From an uncultured Ruminococcus sp. (GTDB lineage: Bacteria; Bacillota; Clostridia; Oscillospirales; Acutalibacteraceae): a stretch of DNA of 49,954 bases. The translations under genes were made by a program, and so were the position numbers. The notes beneath the pieces were generated by a model, which saw only the letters and a program-made list of their open reading frames with translations, was not told where the DNA came from and did not search any database. Location of the stretch: NCBI GenBank assembly GCA_902767155.1, contig CACXGC010000118.1, positions 1-49,954 of the forward strand, given 5' to 3'. Shown piece after piece: positions 18,723-27,579 of the stretch. Numbering within the stretch: position 1 is the stretch's first letter; every line of letters starts with the position of its first letter.

Positions 18723-19706
18723 ATGACAGTATGGGATGCGATTATTCAGGGAATTGTTCAGGGGCTTACGGAATTTCTTCCGGTATCAAGCAGCGGTCAT
18801 TTGACTATAGCACAGCATATGATATCAAACAACGGTGCATCTTCGGACGATAATCTGTTTTTTTCGGTAATGCTCCACATAGGTACGCTTGCAGCTGTAG
18901 TTGGAGTTTATATCAAAACTATCGCTGAACTTTTGGGAGAGTTCGGTCTTATGGTCAAGGACATCGTCACAGGTAAATTCAAGTGGAAAGAAATGAATCC
19001 TAAGAGAAACATGGTAATGATGATTATAATAGGATTGCTGCCATTGTTTCTGTTATTTATCCCTATACCGGGAACTGACATGAAAATAAAAGATCTTGCG
19101 GATATGTTTTCAAAAAGCGGATTTTTTATTGTTGTAGGAATTTCACTTATGATAACAAGCTGTCTTTTGTTTTTGGGTGACAGGAAAAACAAAAAGACCA
19201 TACTCGAATATGAGGGAAAGGATATTGATACCGCAAAAAAGGGAGCAGGACGCAGAAAATATAATGTAAAAGATGCTCTTACGGTAGGTATAACACAGTG
19301 TTTTGCGGCATTATTCCCCGGAATATCACGTTCAGGTTCAACACTTGTTGCAAGTGAAATGAGAGGAATCAATAAACAGTCCGCACTTGATTATTCTTTC
19401 ATCCTCGGAACACCTGCAATAGTAGCTGCTGCAATTCTTGAGGGAAAAGACGCACTGTTTCCGGATGACGGAAAAGCGGTAACGATAGAATATCTTCCTG
19501 TCATAGTAGGAATGATAGTAGCGGCAGTAGTAGGCTTTTTTGCTATCAAGCTTTTCAAGTGGCTGCTCAAAACAGACAGAATGTATATCTTTATCGCTTA
19601 CACAGCTATAGTTGGCGTGATTGTAACGGTTATCAGCATTATAGAACTTAAAACCGGAACGAATATATTTACAAAAGAAGCACTTGAGTTTGCTTTCAGT
19701 AAGTAA
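18723..19706 (+). CDS. uppP: undecaprenyl-diphosphate phosphatase
   Basis: EFLPVSSSGHL and PGISRSGST motifs, polytopic. At 327 aa it has longer loops than a typical BacA. Confidence 0.9.
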   Translation: MTVWDAIIQGIVQGLTEFLPVSSSGHLTIAQHMISNNGASSDDNLFFSVMLHIGTLAAVVGVYIKTIAELLGEFGLMVKDIVTGKFKWKEMNPKRNMVMMIIIGLLPLFLLFIPIPGTDMKIKDLADMFSKSGFFIVVGISLMITSCLLFLGDRKNKKTILEYEGKDIDTAKKGAGRRKYNVKDALTVGITQCFAALFPGISRSGSTLVASEMRGINKQSALDYSFILGTPAIVAAAILEGKDALFPDDGKAVTIEYLPVIVGMIVAAVVGFFAIKLFKWLLKTDRMYIFIAYTAIVGVIVTVISIIELKTGTNIFTKEALEFAFSK

Positions 19707-19842
19707 GTTAAAACCGAGTTTGTGATTTTGAGTAAAAAATAATTTTGGTACAGGAGTTTCGTGATTGTAATGTTGCCGTAAATTTAGGGCAAAGCAGACA
19801 GTCCGGAACTCTGTTAGCATTGTTAAAGAAAGAGGTGTGAAA

Positions 19843-22647
19843 ATGCCTTCTGAAAGTGCAAAGAGAAAATCCGGAAAAACATCAGGCAGAACATCTGCTA
19901 AAAAAAAATCCGGCGTAGGCGGCAATAAAACAAAATCCGGTACAAAAACAAAGACCGCAAGGAAAAAAACACACTCAGAGCCGGCTGCAATGAGCCGAAA
20001 GGAAGAATGGGAATATCAAAGAAAGCGATTTATAATAGCGATCGTTCAGTTTCTTCTTTCAATTCTTTCGGTGTTCATATATTTCATGCCTGGCGAAAAT
20101 TTATGGAATGCTATGCATTTGATATACAGAGGATTATTTGGTCTTTTTGGTTTCATGGTTCCTGTCATTCTCATATATTGTGGGATTCAGAATGTCAAAG
20201 ACCGTCCTGTATACAGGTTCAAACTGAAAACACTTTTTATTTCCCTGCTTGTCATTTTATTGGCATCAGGCATTTTCTGTTTTCAGTCGGTCGGCGCAAA
20301 ACTGAGCGGATATTTTTCGGAATTGCAGAATACTTTCCGTTATTCAACAGAAAATGTAGGCATGGGTATTATCGGTGCTTTGGCCGGCATACCTTTTACA
20401 AAGCTATTAGGCGGAGTAGGCGGAGGAATAGTATCTCTTATTCTTTTCCTCATAATTCTTGCAATAACACTTGATGCGCTTATCATTGATTTCTTTGAAT
20501 TTCTGAAAAAACCTGCTGTCAGGGTAGAAGAACATTTTTCGGATCGCCGAAAAATACGTCAGGAAGTCAAGAAAAGAGAAAAAATAATACAGGATGAGAA
20601 CAGGAAAATAGAGAGAGGGGAATATGTTCGTCAGCAGGTCGATAAGAAGATGAAGAAAAAACGTCGTCCGACAAGTGATGACCTGATGAAAATAAAGAAT
20701 AAGCCGTTTTACCAGCCTACAAATATTGATGAGGATGTTTTGGAAGAAGAGGAACAAACGGTTGAAAAACCTCAGAAAAATAAAAAAACACGCAAGCAGA
20801 AAAAGCCAGAACCACAGGTTGAAGAGTTCAAAGAATCTGATTATTTTGCTGAAAATATGCCGCCGGATACAGATACAGTACCTGTTTTTGAAAAAGAACC
20901 GGAGACAGATGTAATGCCTGTTTTTGAGGAAGAACCCGAGATAGACGATGATGTTCCTGAGGTTTATGAAGAACCTGTTGCTGTGAAGAAAAAGAATAAA
21001 AACAGTAAAGAACCTATTCCGGATTTTGAAGTAGATTATGACAATAGTATAATCAAGGGGCAGTACATAAAACCGCCATTTAATCTTCTTGAGCCTCAGC
21101 CAAAAGAAGAAGAGGGTAATATTTCTCAAGAACTTAACCAGCGTGGTACAATGCTTGTAGATACTCTGAAAAGTTTTGGTGTACAGACAACTATTGTAAA
21201 TATCTGTCGAGGACCGTCTGTAACGAGGTATGAATTACAGCCGGCATCCGGCGTAAAAATAAGCAAGATAACAAATCTTGCAGACGATATTGCAATGAAT
21301 CTTGCGGCAATGGGTGTAAGAATAGAAGCACCTATACCCGGGAAATCTGCGGTAGGTATAGAAGTACCTAACAAGACAGTTTCAATTGTGAAAATGCGTA
21401 ATCTTGTTGAGTCGAGAGATTTTCAGAATGCAAAAAGTAATCTGACAGTTGCACTCGGAAAAGATATAACCGGACGAATAACATTGGCAGACCTTAGTAG
21501 AATGCCGCATTTGCTGATTGCCGGTTCTACAGGTTCGGGTAAATCCGTATGCATAAATTCAATGCTTGTTAGTTTGTTGTACAAATCCAGTCCGGACGAT
21601 GTGAAGCTGCTTCTGATAGACCCGAAAGTTGTAGAACTGGGAGTTTACAACGGAATACCACATTTACTTGTTCCGGTTGTAACAGACCCACGCAAGGCAG
21701 CCAGTGCACTGAACTGGGCAGTAAATGAAATGCTGAACCGATATAAAACTTTCGCAGAGTACAATGTCAGAGATATACACAGCTATAACAGATTTGTAGA
21801 CAAGCAGAATGCTAAGGTTGGCGACAGTTTCTTTGACAGTCATACAGATGATAATGACCGTTCATTTGAAGAAGACGAAATGCTTGCGCAGGCTCAGGCA
21901 GAAGTAAACAGCAGGAACGAAAAAGTAAGTACAGATGAGCCGAAAATGCTCAAGAAAATGTGTCAGATAGTGATTGTTATAGACGAGTTGGCTGACCTTA
22001 TGATGGCAGCATCAAAAGAGGTAGAAGAATCTATTTGTCGTCTTGCACAAATGGCTCGTGCAGCAGGAATGCATCTTGTTATAGCAACACAGAGACCGTC
22101 TGTTGACGTTATTACCGGACTTATAAAAGCAAATGTGCCAAGCAGAATTGCATTTGCAGTAAAATCCGTAGTGGATTCGAGAACAATACTCGATATAGGC
22201 GGTGCAGAAAAGCTTCTTGGACGTGGAGATATGCTGTTTTCTCCAATAGGAACGACAAAGCCGATACGTGTTCAGGGTTGTTTTGTTGATGATCCGGAAA
22301 TCGAAAATATAATTGAGTTCATCAAGAAAAACAAAGTAGTCGAATACGATGAGCAAGTTATTGAAGAAATCGAGAGAAATTCTATTGCGGATAATAGTGC
22401 TGCGAGTGGTGAAAATTCCGACGGCGATATGGATCCTATGATGGAAGAGGCGATAAAGTGTGTTGTAGAAGCTGGTCAGGCATCTACTTCAATGCTTCAG
22501 CGCCGTTTCAGACTTGGATATGCGAGAGCCGGACGCCTGATTGACGAAATGGAACAGTTGGGGATTGTCGGACCTCACGAAGGTGCAAAGCCGCGTAAGG
22601 TACTTATGACATATCAGCAGTGGTTGGAAAGAAGTGTGAGTCAGTAA
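19843..22647 (+). CDS. ftsK: DNA translocase FtsK/SpoIIIE
   Basis: ATG 19843 with AGAGGTG 5 nt upstream; the track start is GTG 19837. Basic N-terminal tail, TM block, E/K/P-rich linker, Walker [21 protein letters not shown], and a gamma wHTH domain ([21 protein letters not shown]). Confidence 0.95.
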   Translation: MPSESAKRKSGKTSGRTSAKKKSGVGGNKTKSGTKTKTARKKTHSEPAAMSRKEEWEYQRKRFIIAIVQFLLSILSVFIYFMPGENLWNAMHLIYRGLFGLFGFMVPVILIYCGIQNVKDRPVYRFKLKTLFISLLVILLASGIFCFQSVGAKLSGYFSELQNTFRYSTENVGMGIIGALAGIPFTKLLGGVGGGIVSLILFLIILAITLDALIIDFFEFLKKPAVRVEEHFSDRRKIRQEVKKREKIIQDENRKIERGEYVRQQVDKKMKKKRRPTSDDLMKIKNKPFYQPTNIDEDVLEEEEQTVEKPQKNKKTRKQKKPEPQVEEFKESDYFAENMPPDTDTVPVFEKEPETDVMPVFEEEPEIDDDVPEVYEEPVAVKKKNKNSKEPIPDFEVDYDNSIIKGQYIKPPFNLLEPQPKEEEGNISQELNQRGTMLVDTLKSFGVQTTIVNICRGPSVTRYELQPASGVKISKITNLADDIAMNLAAMGVRIEAPIPGKSAVGIEVPNKTVSIVKMRNLVESRDFQNAKSNLTVALGKDITGRITLADLSRMPHLLIAGSTGSGKSVCINSMLVSLLYKSSPDDVKLLLIDPKVVELGVYNGIPHLLVPVVTDPRKAASALNWAVNEMLNRYKTFAEYNVRDIHSYNRFVDKQNAKVGDSFFDSHTDDNDRSFEEDEMLAQAQAEVNSRNEKVSTDEPKMLKKMCQIVIVIDELADLMMAASKEVEESICRLAQMARAAGMHLVIATQRPSVDVITGLIKANVPSRIAFAVKSVVDSRTILDIGGAEKLLGRGDMLFSPIGTTKPIRVQGCFVDDPEIENIIEFIKKNKVVEYDEQVIEEIERNSIADNSAASGENSDGDMDPMMEEAIKCVVEAGQASTSMLQRRFRLGYARAGRLIDEMEQLGIVGPHEGAKPRKVLMTYQQWLERSVSQ

Positions 22648-22741
22648 TGAAACTCTCACAAGATTTTTATGCTGTTTGAAATTATGGATAGAATCCGGTT
22701 TGCCGGTTTTCTATATATAAAGAAACATTGGAGGGTTAAAA

Positions 22742-24574
22742 TTGAAAAAAGAAGGACAAATTAGAGTTGATTCGGAAAATTTGTTTCCGATCATCAAAAA
22801 GTGGCTGTACTCTGACAAGGACATATTTCTTAGAGAAATAGTTGCCAATGGCTGTGATGCTATCAAGAAGTATTCAAGTCTCTGCACAATTGGAGAAGTA
22901 GATGATAGTGAGTTTCGTCCGAGAATTGATGTTATTCTTGATAAAGACGCCAAAACGCTCACTGTAAAGGATAATGGTCTTGGCATGACAGAAGAAGAAG
23001 TCGAAAAGTATATAACACAGGTAGCTTTTTCCGGTGCTCAGGAATTTATCGAGAAATACAGTGACAAAACTGATGCCGAAGGTGGAATTATAGGTCATTT
23101 CGGACTTGGATTCTATTCCTCGTATATGGTATCTGATACTGTAGAGATAAACACACTTTCATACCAGAAAGATGCTCAAGCGGTTCATTGGTCGAGTGAT
23201 GGCAGCAGAACGTATGAAATTACCGACTGTGAAAAGACTGACAGAGGAACAGAAATAGTAATGCATTTTTCAGAGGATGGAATGGAATTCTGTGACAGTC
23301 TGAAACTTCGTTCAACACTCAAAAAGTATTGTCATTTCATGCCTTATGAGATATTTTTCAGCTGTGTTCAGGAAAAAGGTCAGGAAGGTGACGAAGATAA
23401 GCCGGAAGAAAAGCCCGTTAACATCACGAATCCGCTTTGGCTGAAAGCACCGAAAGATTGTACAACAGAGGAGTATGAAGATTTTTACAGAGAAGTATTT
23501 CCTGATATAAATTTGCCGCTGTTTTGGATTCATTTGAATGTAGACTATCCGTTCAATCTTAAAGGAATTCTGTATTTCCCGAAACAGACCGATAAATTGC
23601 AGGTAATGCCCGGAGAAATAAAGCTTTTCTCAAATCAGGTATATATTGCGGATAATATCAAGGAAGTTGTTCCGGAGTTTCTTATGCTCCTTAAAGGCGT
23701 TATAGACTGTCCTGATCTGCCGCTGAACGTATCACGTTCTTTCCTTCAGAACGATGGTGAGGTAGCAAAGATTTCACGCCATATTACAAAGAAAGTTGCA
23801 GACAAGCTGGTTTCTGTTTTCAAGAATGAGCGCAAGGATTATGAAAGCTACTGGGATGATATTTCACCGTTTATCAAATTTGGATGCATAAAAGATGATA
23901 AGTTCTATGAGAGAATGAAAGATATTATTCTTTACAAGACTATCAATGGAGAGTTCAAAACATTTTCCGAGATTCCGAAAATAAGCAACAAGGTATACTA
24001 TGCTTCCGATACAGATGTTCAGGCACAGTATATCAAGATATTCAAGGATAACGGACTTGATGCTATCATACTTGAACATAACATAGACACACATTACGTT
24101 ACTTATCTGGAATATAAAGAGCATGATCTGAAATTTGTCAGAATCGACTCAGAGATTGATGAGGTTCTGCATAGTGAAAGTACGGATGACGAGAAACCTG
24201 TTGATGAGGAAAAGCTTATTGAAATATTCAAAAATTCTCTTGAAATCGAAAAGTTGGAGATAAAAGCACAATCTCTCAAGACAAAAGGAACACCGGCTAT
24301 TATTACTATAAATGAGTATCAAAGAAGAATCAATGATATGAATAGAATTTATGGCGATATGTTTGGTATGAGCAACGAAAAGGCGCAGGAAACATTGATT
24401 ATCAATACAGCAAATGACATTGTAAGATCATTGATCGATTTTGAAACAGAAGATCAGAAACTTCTGTGCCGCCATATTTACGACCTCGCACTTATAAGCC
24501 AAAGAAGACTTACAGCATCTGAATTGGAAGGCTTTATCGAAAGAAGTGTCGCTGTTATGGGACTTATTGAATGA
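22742..24574 (+). CDS. htpG: molecular chaperone HtpG (Hsp90)
   Basis: TTG start with GGAGGG 6 nt upstream. Motifs FLREIVANGCDAIKK, KDNGLGMT and GHFGLGFYS. Confidence 0.95.
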   Translation: MKKEGQIRVDSENLFPIIKKWLYSDKDIFLREIVANGCDAIKKYSSLCTIGEVDDSEFRPRIDVILDKDAKTLTVKDNGLGMTEEEVEKYITQVAFSGAQEFIEKYSDKTDAEGGIIGHFGLGFYSSYMVSDTVEINTLSYQKDAQAVHWSSDGSRTYEITDCEKTDRGTEIVMHFSEDGMEFCDSLKLRSTLKKYCHFMPYEIFFSCVQEKGQEGDEDKPEEKPVNITNPLWLKAPKDCTTEEYEDFYREVFPDINLPLFWIHLNVDYPFNLKGILYFPKQTDKLQVMPGEIKLFSNQVYIADNIKEVVPEFLMLLKGVIDCPDLPLNVSRSFLQNDGEVAKISRHITKKVADKLVSVFKNERKDYESYWDDISPFIKFGCIKDDKFYERMKDIILYKTINGEFKTFSEIPKISNKVYYASDTDVQAQYIKIFKDNGLDAIILEHNIDTHYVTYLEYKEHDLKFVRIDSEIDEVLHSESTDDEKPVDEEKLIEIFKNSLEIEKLEIKAQSLKTKGTPAIITINEYQRRINDMNRIYGDMFGMSNEKAQETLIINTANDIVRSLIDFETEDQKLLCRHIYDLALISQRRLTASELEGFIERSVAVMGLIE

Positions 24575-24594
24575 CCGGTATTATAAATATTTTT

Positions 24595-24640
24595 GCCGCA
24601 GTTGGTATTTATTATCATCTGCGGCATTTGAATTTTTTTT
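24595..24640 (+). terminator. rho-independent terminator of htpG
   Basis: Stem GCCGCAG / CTGCGGC (24595-24601 / 24619-24625), then ATTTGAATTTTTTTT. Confidence 0.7.
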
Positions 24641-24649
24641 AAAATGCTA

Positions 24650-24678
24650 TTTTATAATGGTGAAAAGTATGGTATAAT
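24650..24678 (+). promoter_or_regulatory. probable promoter of the MotA/ExbB-like operon
   Basis: Extended -10 TGgTATAAT at 24670-24678, with a second TATAAT at 24653-24658. The -35 is only weak (TTTTAT). Confidence 0.4.
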
Positions 24679-24697
24679 GTAGCAAGAGGTGTGTAAA

Positions 24698-25189
24698 ATG
24701 AGCTTTATGTCAAAACTTGCCGGCAGTATTTTTTCTTCTGACTGGTATATACTTATGTTTGCGGTTTTTACGGTCGCGGCGCTTGTTGTTGTCTTGCTCG
24801 CAAACAGAAGAGTATCGGGTGAGTTTGAAAACTGGAAAAGAGAAATATACTATTCGGTGCTTATTTATCGTGTTCTGACTATCGGATATACGCTTTTTGT
24901 TACTTTTATATCTATTTTTCCCATTCTCGGTATGCTCGGAACAGTAACTGCTTTGCTCGGACTTGACCTTTCCGGAGAATCAGCGGCTGCCAGTGCAAGA
25001 ACCGGTTTTTTCAATGCTTTGACTTCTACAGCATGGGGCATTATTTTTGCAGTGATATTCAAAATAGTGAATGCTGTGATTTCTCAGTCGGTTGAGAATA
25101 ATATTCAGCAGGTCACGGATCTTATAAATCAAAATCGTGAGAATATACGTAAGAAAAAAGGAAAACTGTCTGATCTTATAAAAAGGTGA
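24698..25189 (+). CDS. minimal MotA/TolQ/ExbB-family proton channel protein
   Basis: 163 aa from ATG 24698, with AGAGGTG 6 nt upstream. Three predicted TM segments. Family signature FPILGMLGTVTALLG ... FFNALTSTAWGIIFAVIF. Confidence 0.7.
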   Translation: MSFMSKLAGSIFSSDWYILMFAVFTVAALVVVLLANRRVSGEFENWKREIYYSVLIYRVLTIGYTLFVTFISIFPILGMLGTVTALLGLDLSGESAAASARTGFFNALTSTAWGIIFAVIFKIVNAVISQSVENNIQQVTDLINQNRENIRKKKGKLSDLIKR

Positions 25190-25193
25190 TGAA

Positions 25194-25769
25194 ATGAAAG
25201 TAAGGGAAGTTATTCTGGATTTTACATCCTTGCTTGATATTATCATGATAATACTTTTCTTTTTCATACTGTTCAGCAATCTTGATGCAGAAACTGCTGT
25301 CGAAAAATCTGAGGAAATACAGGAACAATACAGCAGTATGATTGAAGAGGCTGAGAGTGAGCAAAGCAAATGGCGTGAGGAAGCTGCGGCTGAATGGGAA
25401 AGAATTGAAAGAACTGACAAGAATGCTGTGATAAATCAGCAGGCACTTATAGATTTCGACAAGGGCTCTATGATTTCCATGAATTTGCAGCAGATAAATT
25501 CCGGAGAAGATTTTGTTATCAGTATTACGAACAATAATAAGAAAGTTTCGGATGTATCTTTCAGATCGGAAACGAGTATAACAGAGGATATCCTCAAAGC
25601 ATTGAAATTATGTGGTCTGAAAACGGATAATGTGACTATAGGCGTTCTTACATATGACGGTTATGCTTATGGTACAGAAAAAGCTGTGCCAATGATAGAA
25701 GATGCTGTCAAGGATATTCAGAAAGAGTACATGAATTTTTATTTTACCACCATAAATATTTCAAAGTGA
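25194..25769 (+). CDS. ExbD/TolR-like membrane-anchored protein
   Basis: 191 aa. AAAGGTGA SD overlaps the upstream stop. N-terminal helix ILDFTSLLDIIMIILFFFILF carries an Asp, as in ExbD/TolR. It is followed by an E/K-rich helix and a C-terminal alpha/beta-like domain. Confidence 0.6.
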   Translation: MKVREVILDFTSLLDIIMIILFFFILFSNLDAETAVEKSEEIQEQYSSMIEEAESEQSKWREEAAAEWERIERTDKNAVINQQALIDFDKGSMISMNLQQINSGEDFVISITNNNKKVSDVSFRSETSITEDILKALKLCGLKTDNVTIGVLTYDGYAYGTEKAVPMIEDAVKDIQKEYMNFYFTTINISK

Positions 25770-25779
25770 GGGAAATGTT

Positions 25780-26238
25780 ATGAAAAAAATCATAGGTGTT
25801 ATTGTAGTTATTTTTACAGTTGTTGTCGCAGGCTTTTTCCTTTTGGGAGGCTGTGAGGGATTTGGTCTTGGAGGCGGAAAAGGTGACGGAGACGGAAATA
25901 ATAAAACGGAAACTCCTTCACAGACAGTGAGCAGTAAATTGGAAGAAAATTCTGATGTTTCGACAGAGGTTAGCAGCAAAGAATCAGTTGTTTCTGAGGA
26001 AGAGTCCGAGCAGAGTGAGCCTAAAAAAGTGGAAATAACCGTATCGGGAAGAGATTATCTCTATCAGAATAATAAGATCACGCTGGACGATTTTATGAAA
26101 GAATTGGAGAAGTATGAAAAAGATACCGAGATTGTTATAACTTCCGATAATACAGCAGCTAAAAATACTATGGATGACCTTACAGACAAGCTTGACAGTG
26201 CAGGATATAAGAATTATCATAAATCCGCTGTTGAATGA
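25780..26238 (+). CDS. predicted lipoprotein with ExbD/TolR-like C-terminal domain
   Basis: 152 aa with GAGGGAA SD. Signal and lipobox MKKIIGVIVVIFTVVVAGFFLLGGC, then a G/D/S/E-rich linker. C-terminal sequence KKVEITVSGRDYLYQNNKITLDDFMKELEKYEKDTEIVITSDNTAAKNTMDDLTDKLDSAGY. Confidence 0.55.
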   Translation: MKKIIGVIVVIFTVVVAGFFLLGGCEGFGLGGGKGDGDGNNKTETPSQTVSSKLEENSDVSTEVSSKESVVSEEESEQSEPKKVEITVSGRDYLYQNNKITLDDFMKELEKYEKDTEIVITSDNTAAKNTMDDLTDKLDSAGYKNYHKSAVE

Positions 26239-26260
26239 TACAAATATGTGAAAGATGAAA

Positions 26261-26306
26261 AATCAGCAATTGTTGAATTTTGTTTCATACAATTGCTGAT
26301 TTTTTG
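26261..26306. terminator. bidirectional rho-independent terminator
   Basis: 12-bp stem AATCAGCAATTG / CAATTGCTGATT with T-rich tracts on both strands. Lies between convergent genes. Confidence 0.75.
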
Positions 26307-26331
26307 TTTACTGATATTTCATATTTTCGGT

Positions 26332-27543
26332 TCAGATCAAAGCTGAAAGACGTTTGTTTATTTCGTCAAGGAAAGTTTCACTGTCAACTTTCTGCTTATT
26401 TTCAAGAGATGAAAGGAGATAGAGATCGCCGGTCATGATACCGTCTTCAATCGTGTCGATAGTAGCCTTTTCGAGTTTATCAGCATAGTCAGAAAGTGTG
26501 GTATTGCCGTCGAGTTCGCCTCTTTTGCGAAGTGCGCCGGACCATGCAAACAAAGTCGCAACAGAGTTTGTTGAAGTTGATTCTCCTTTGAGGTACTTGT
26601 AGTAATGACGCTGAACAGTACCGTGAGCAGCTTCATACTCATAAATTCCGTCGGGAGAAACAAGTACAGAAGTCATCATTGCAAGAGAGCCAAAAGCTGT
26701 TGCTACCATATCTGACATAACATCGCCATCGTAATTTTTACAAGCCCATATGTAACCGCCTTCACTGCGTACAACTCTTGCTACAGCGTCGTCTATAAGG
26801 GTGTAGAAATAGGTTATGCCTGCTTTTTCAAACTTTTCTTTGTATTCGGAAGCAAATATTTCATTAAAAATATCTTTGAAACGGTGGTCATATTTTTTTG
26901 AAATAGTGTCTTTTGTAGCGAACCAGAGATCTTCTTTTTTGTCAAGTGCAAAGTTGAAGCAGGCTCTTGCAAAGCTGCCTATACTTTTGTCTATGTTGTG
27001 AAGACCCTGTATAATACCATCTGAGCCGCTGAATTCGTGTATAAGCTGTCTTGTTTCATTACCGTCCTTATCGGTGACAATCAATTCAGCTTTACAGCCT
27101 TCCTTTACAACCATTTCGGTATTTTTGTAAACATCGCCGTATGCGTGACGGGCGATGGTTATAGGCTTTTTCCAGTTGGAAATATAGGGAGTGATACCCT
27201 TTACGAGAATAGGAGTACGGAATACAGTACCATCAAGTATTGCACGAATAGTTCCGTTAGGGGATTTCCACATCTGTGTAAGGTTATATTCCTTTACACG
27301 CTCAGCGTTCGGTGTTATAGTGGCACATTTTACGGCAACGCCGTATTTTTTTGTAGCCTCTGCACTGTCTATTGTTACCTGATCTTTAGTTTTTTCTCTG
27401 TTTTCAAGACCAAGATCGTAGTATTCGCTTTTAAGGTCGATATATGGAAGAATAAGTTTGTCTTTTATCATTTTCCAGAGAACTCTGGTCATTTCGTCGC
27501 CGTCCATTTCAACTATCGGCGTTGTCATTTGTATTTTAGCCAT
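26332..27543 (-). CDS. icd: NADP-dependent isocitrate dehydrogenase (eukaryotic-like homodimeric type)
   Basis: Strong by-eye match to IDH1-type enzymes: [39 protein letters not shown]. Confidence 0.95.
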   Translation of the reverse strand: MAKIQMTTPIVEMDGDEMTRVLWKMIKDKLILPYIDLKSEYYDLGLENREKTKDQVTIDSAEATKKYGVAVKCATITPNAERVKEYNLTQMWKSPNGTIRAILDGTVFRTPILVKGITPYISNWKKPITIARHAYGDVYKNTEMVVKEGCKAELIVTDKDGNETRQLIHEFSGSDGIIQGLHNIDKSIGSFARACFNFALDKKEDLWFATKDTISKKYDHRFKDIFNEIFASEYKEKFEKAGITYFYTLIDDAVARVVRSEGGYIWACKNYDGDVMSDMVATAFGSLAMMTSVLVSPDGIYEYEAAHGTVQRHYYKYLKGESTSTNSVATLFAWSGALRKRGELDGNTTLSDYADKLEKATIDTIEDGIMTGDLYLLSSLENKQKVDSETFLDEINKRLSALI

Positions 27544-27579
27544 TGGATTGACATCCTTTCGTGGAAAAATTTGTTCGGA

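Noticed and set aside
19338-19925. 195-aa minus-strand ORF spanning the uppP 3' end and the ftsK 5' end.
   Set aside because: It overlaps two strongly supported + strand genes and has no SD or family resemblance.
20407-21129. 240-aa minus-strand ORF.
   Set aside because: It is antisense to the purine-rich low-complexity linker of ftsK. Its F/L/R-rich translation is typical of the complement of an E/K-rich coding region.
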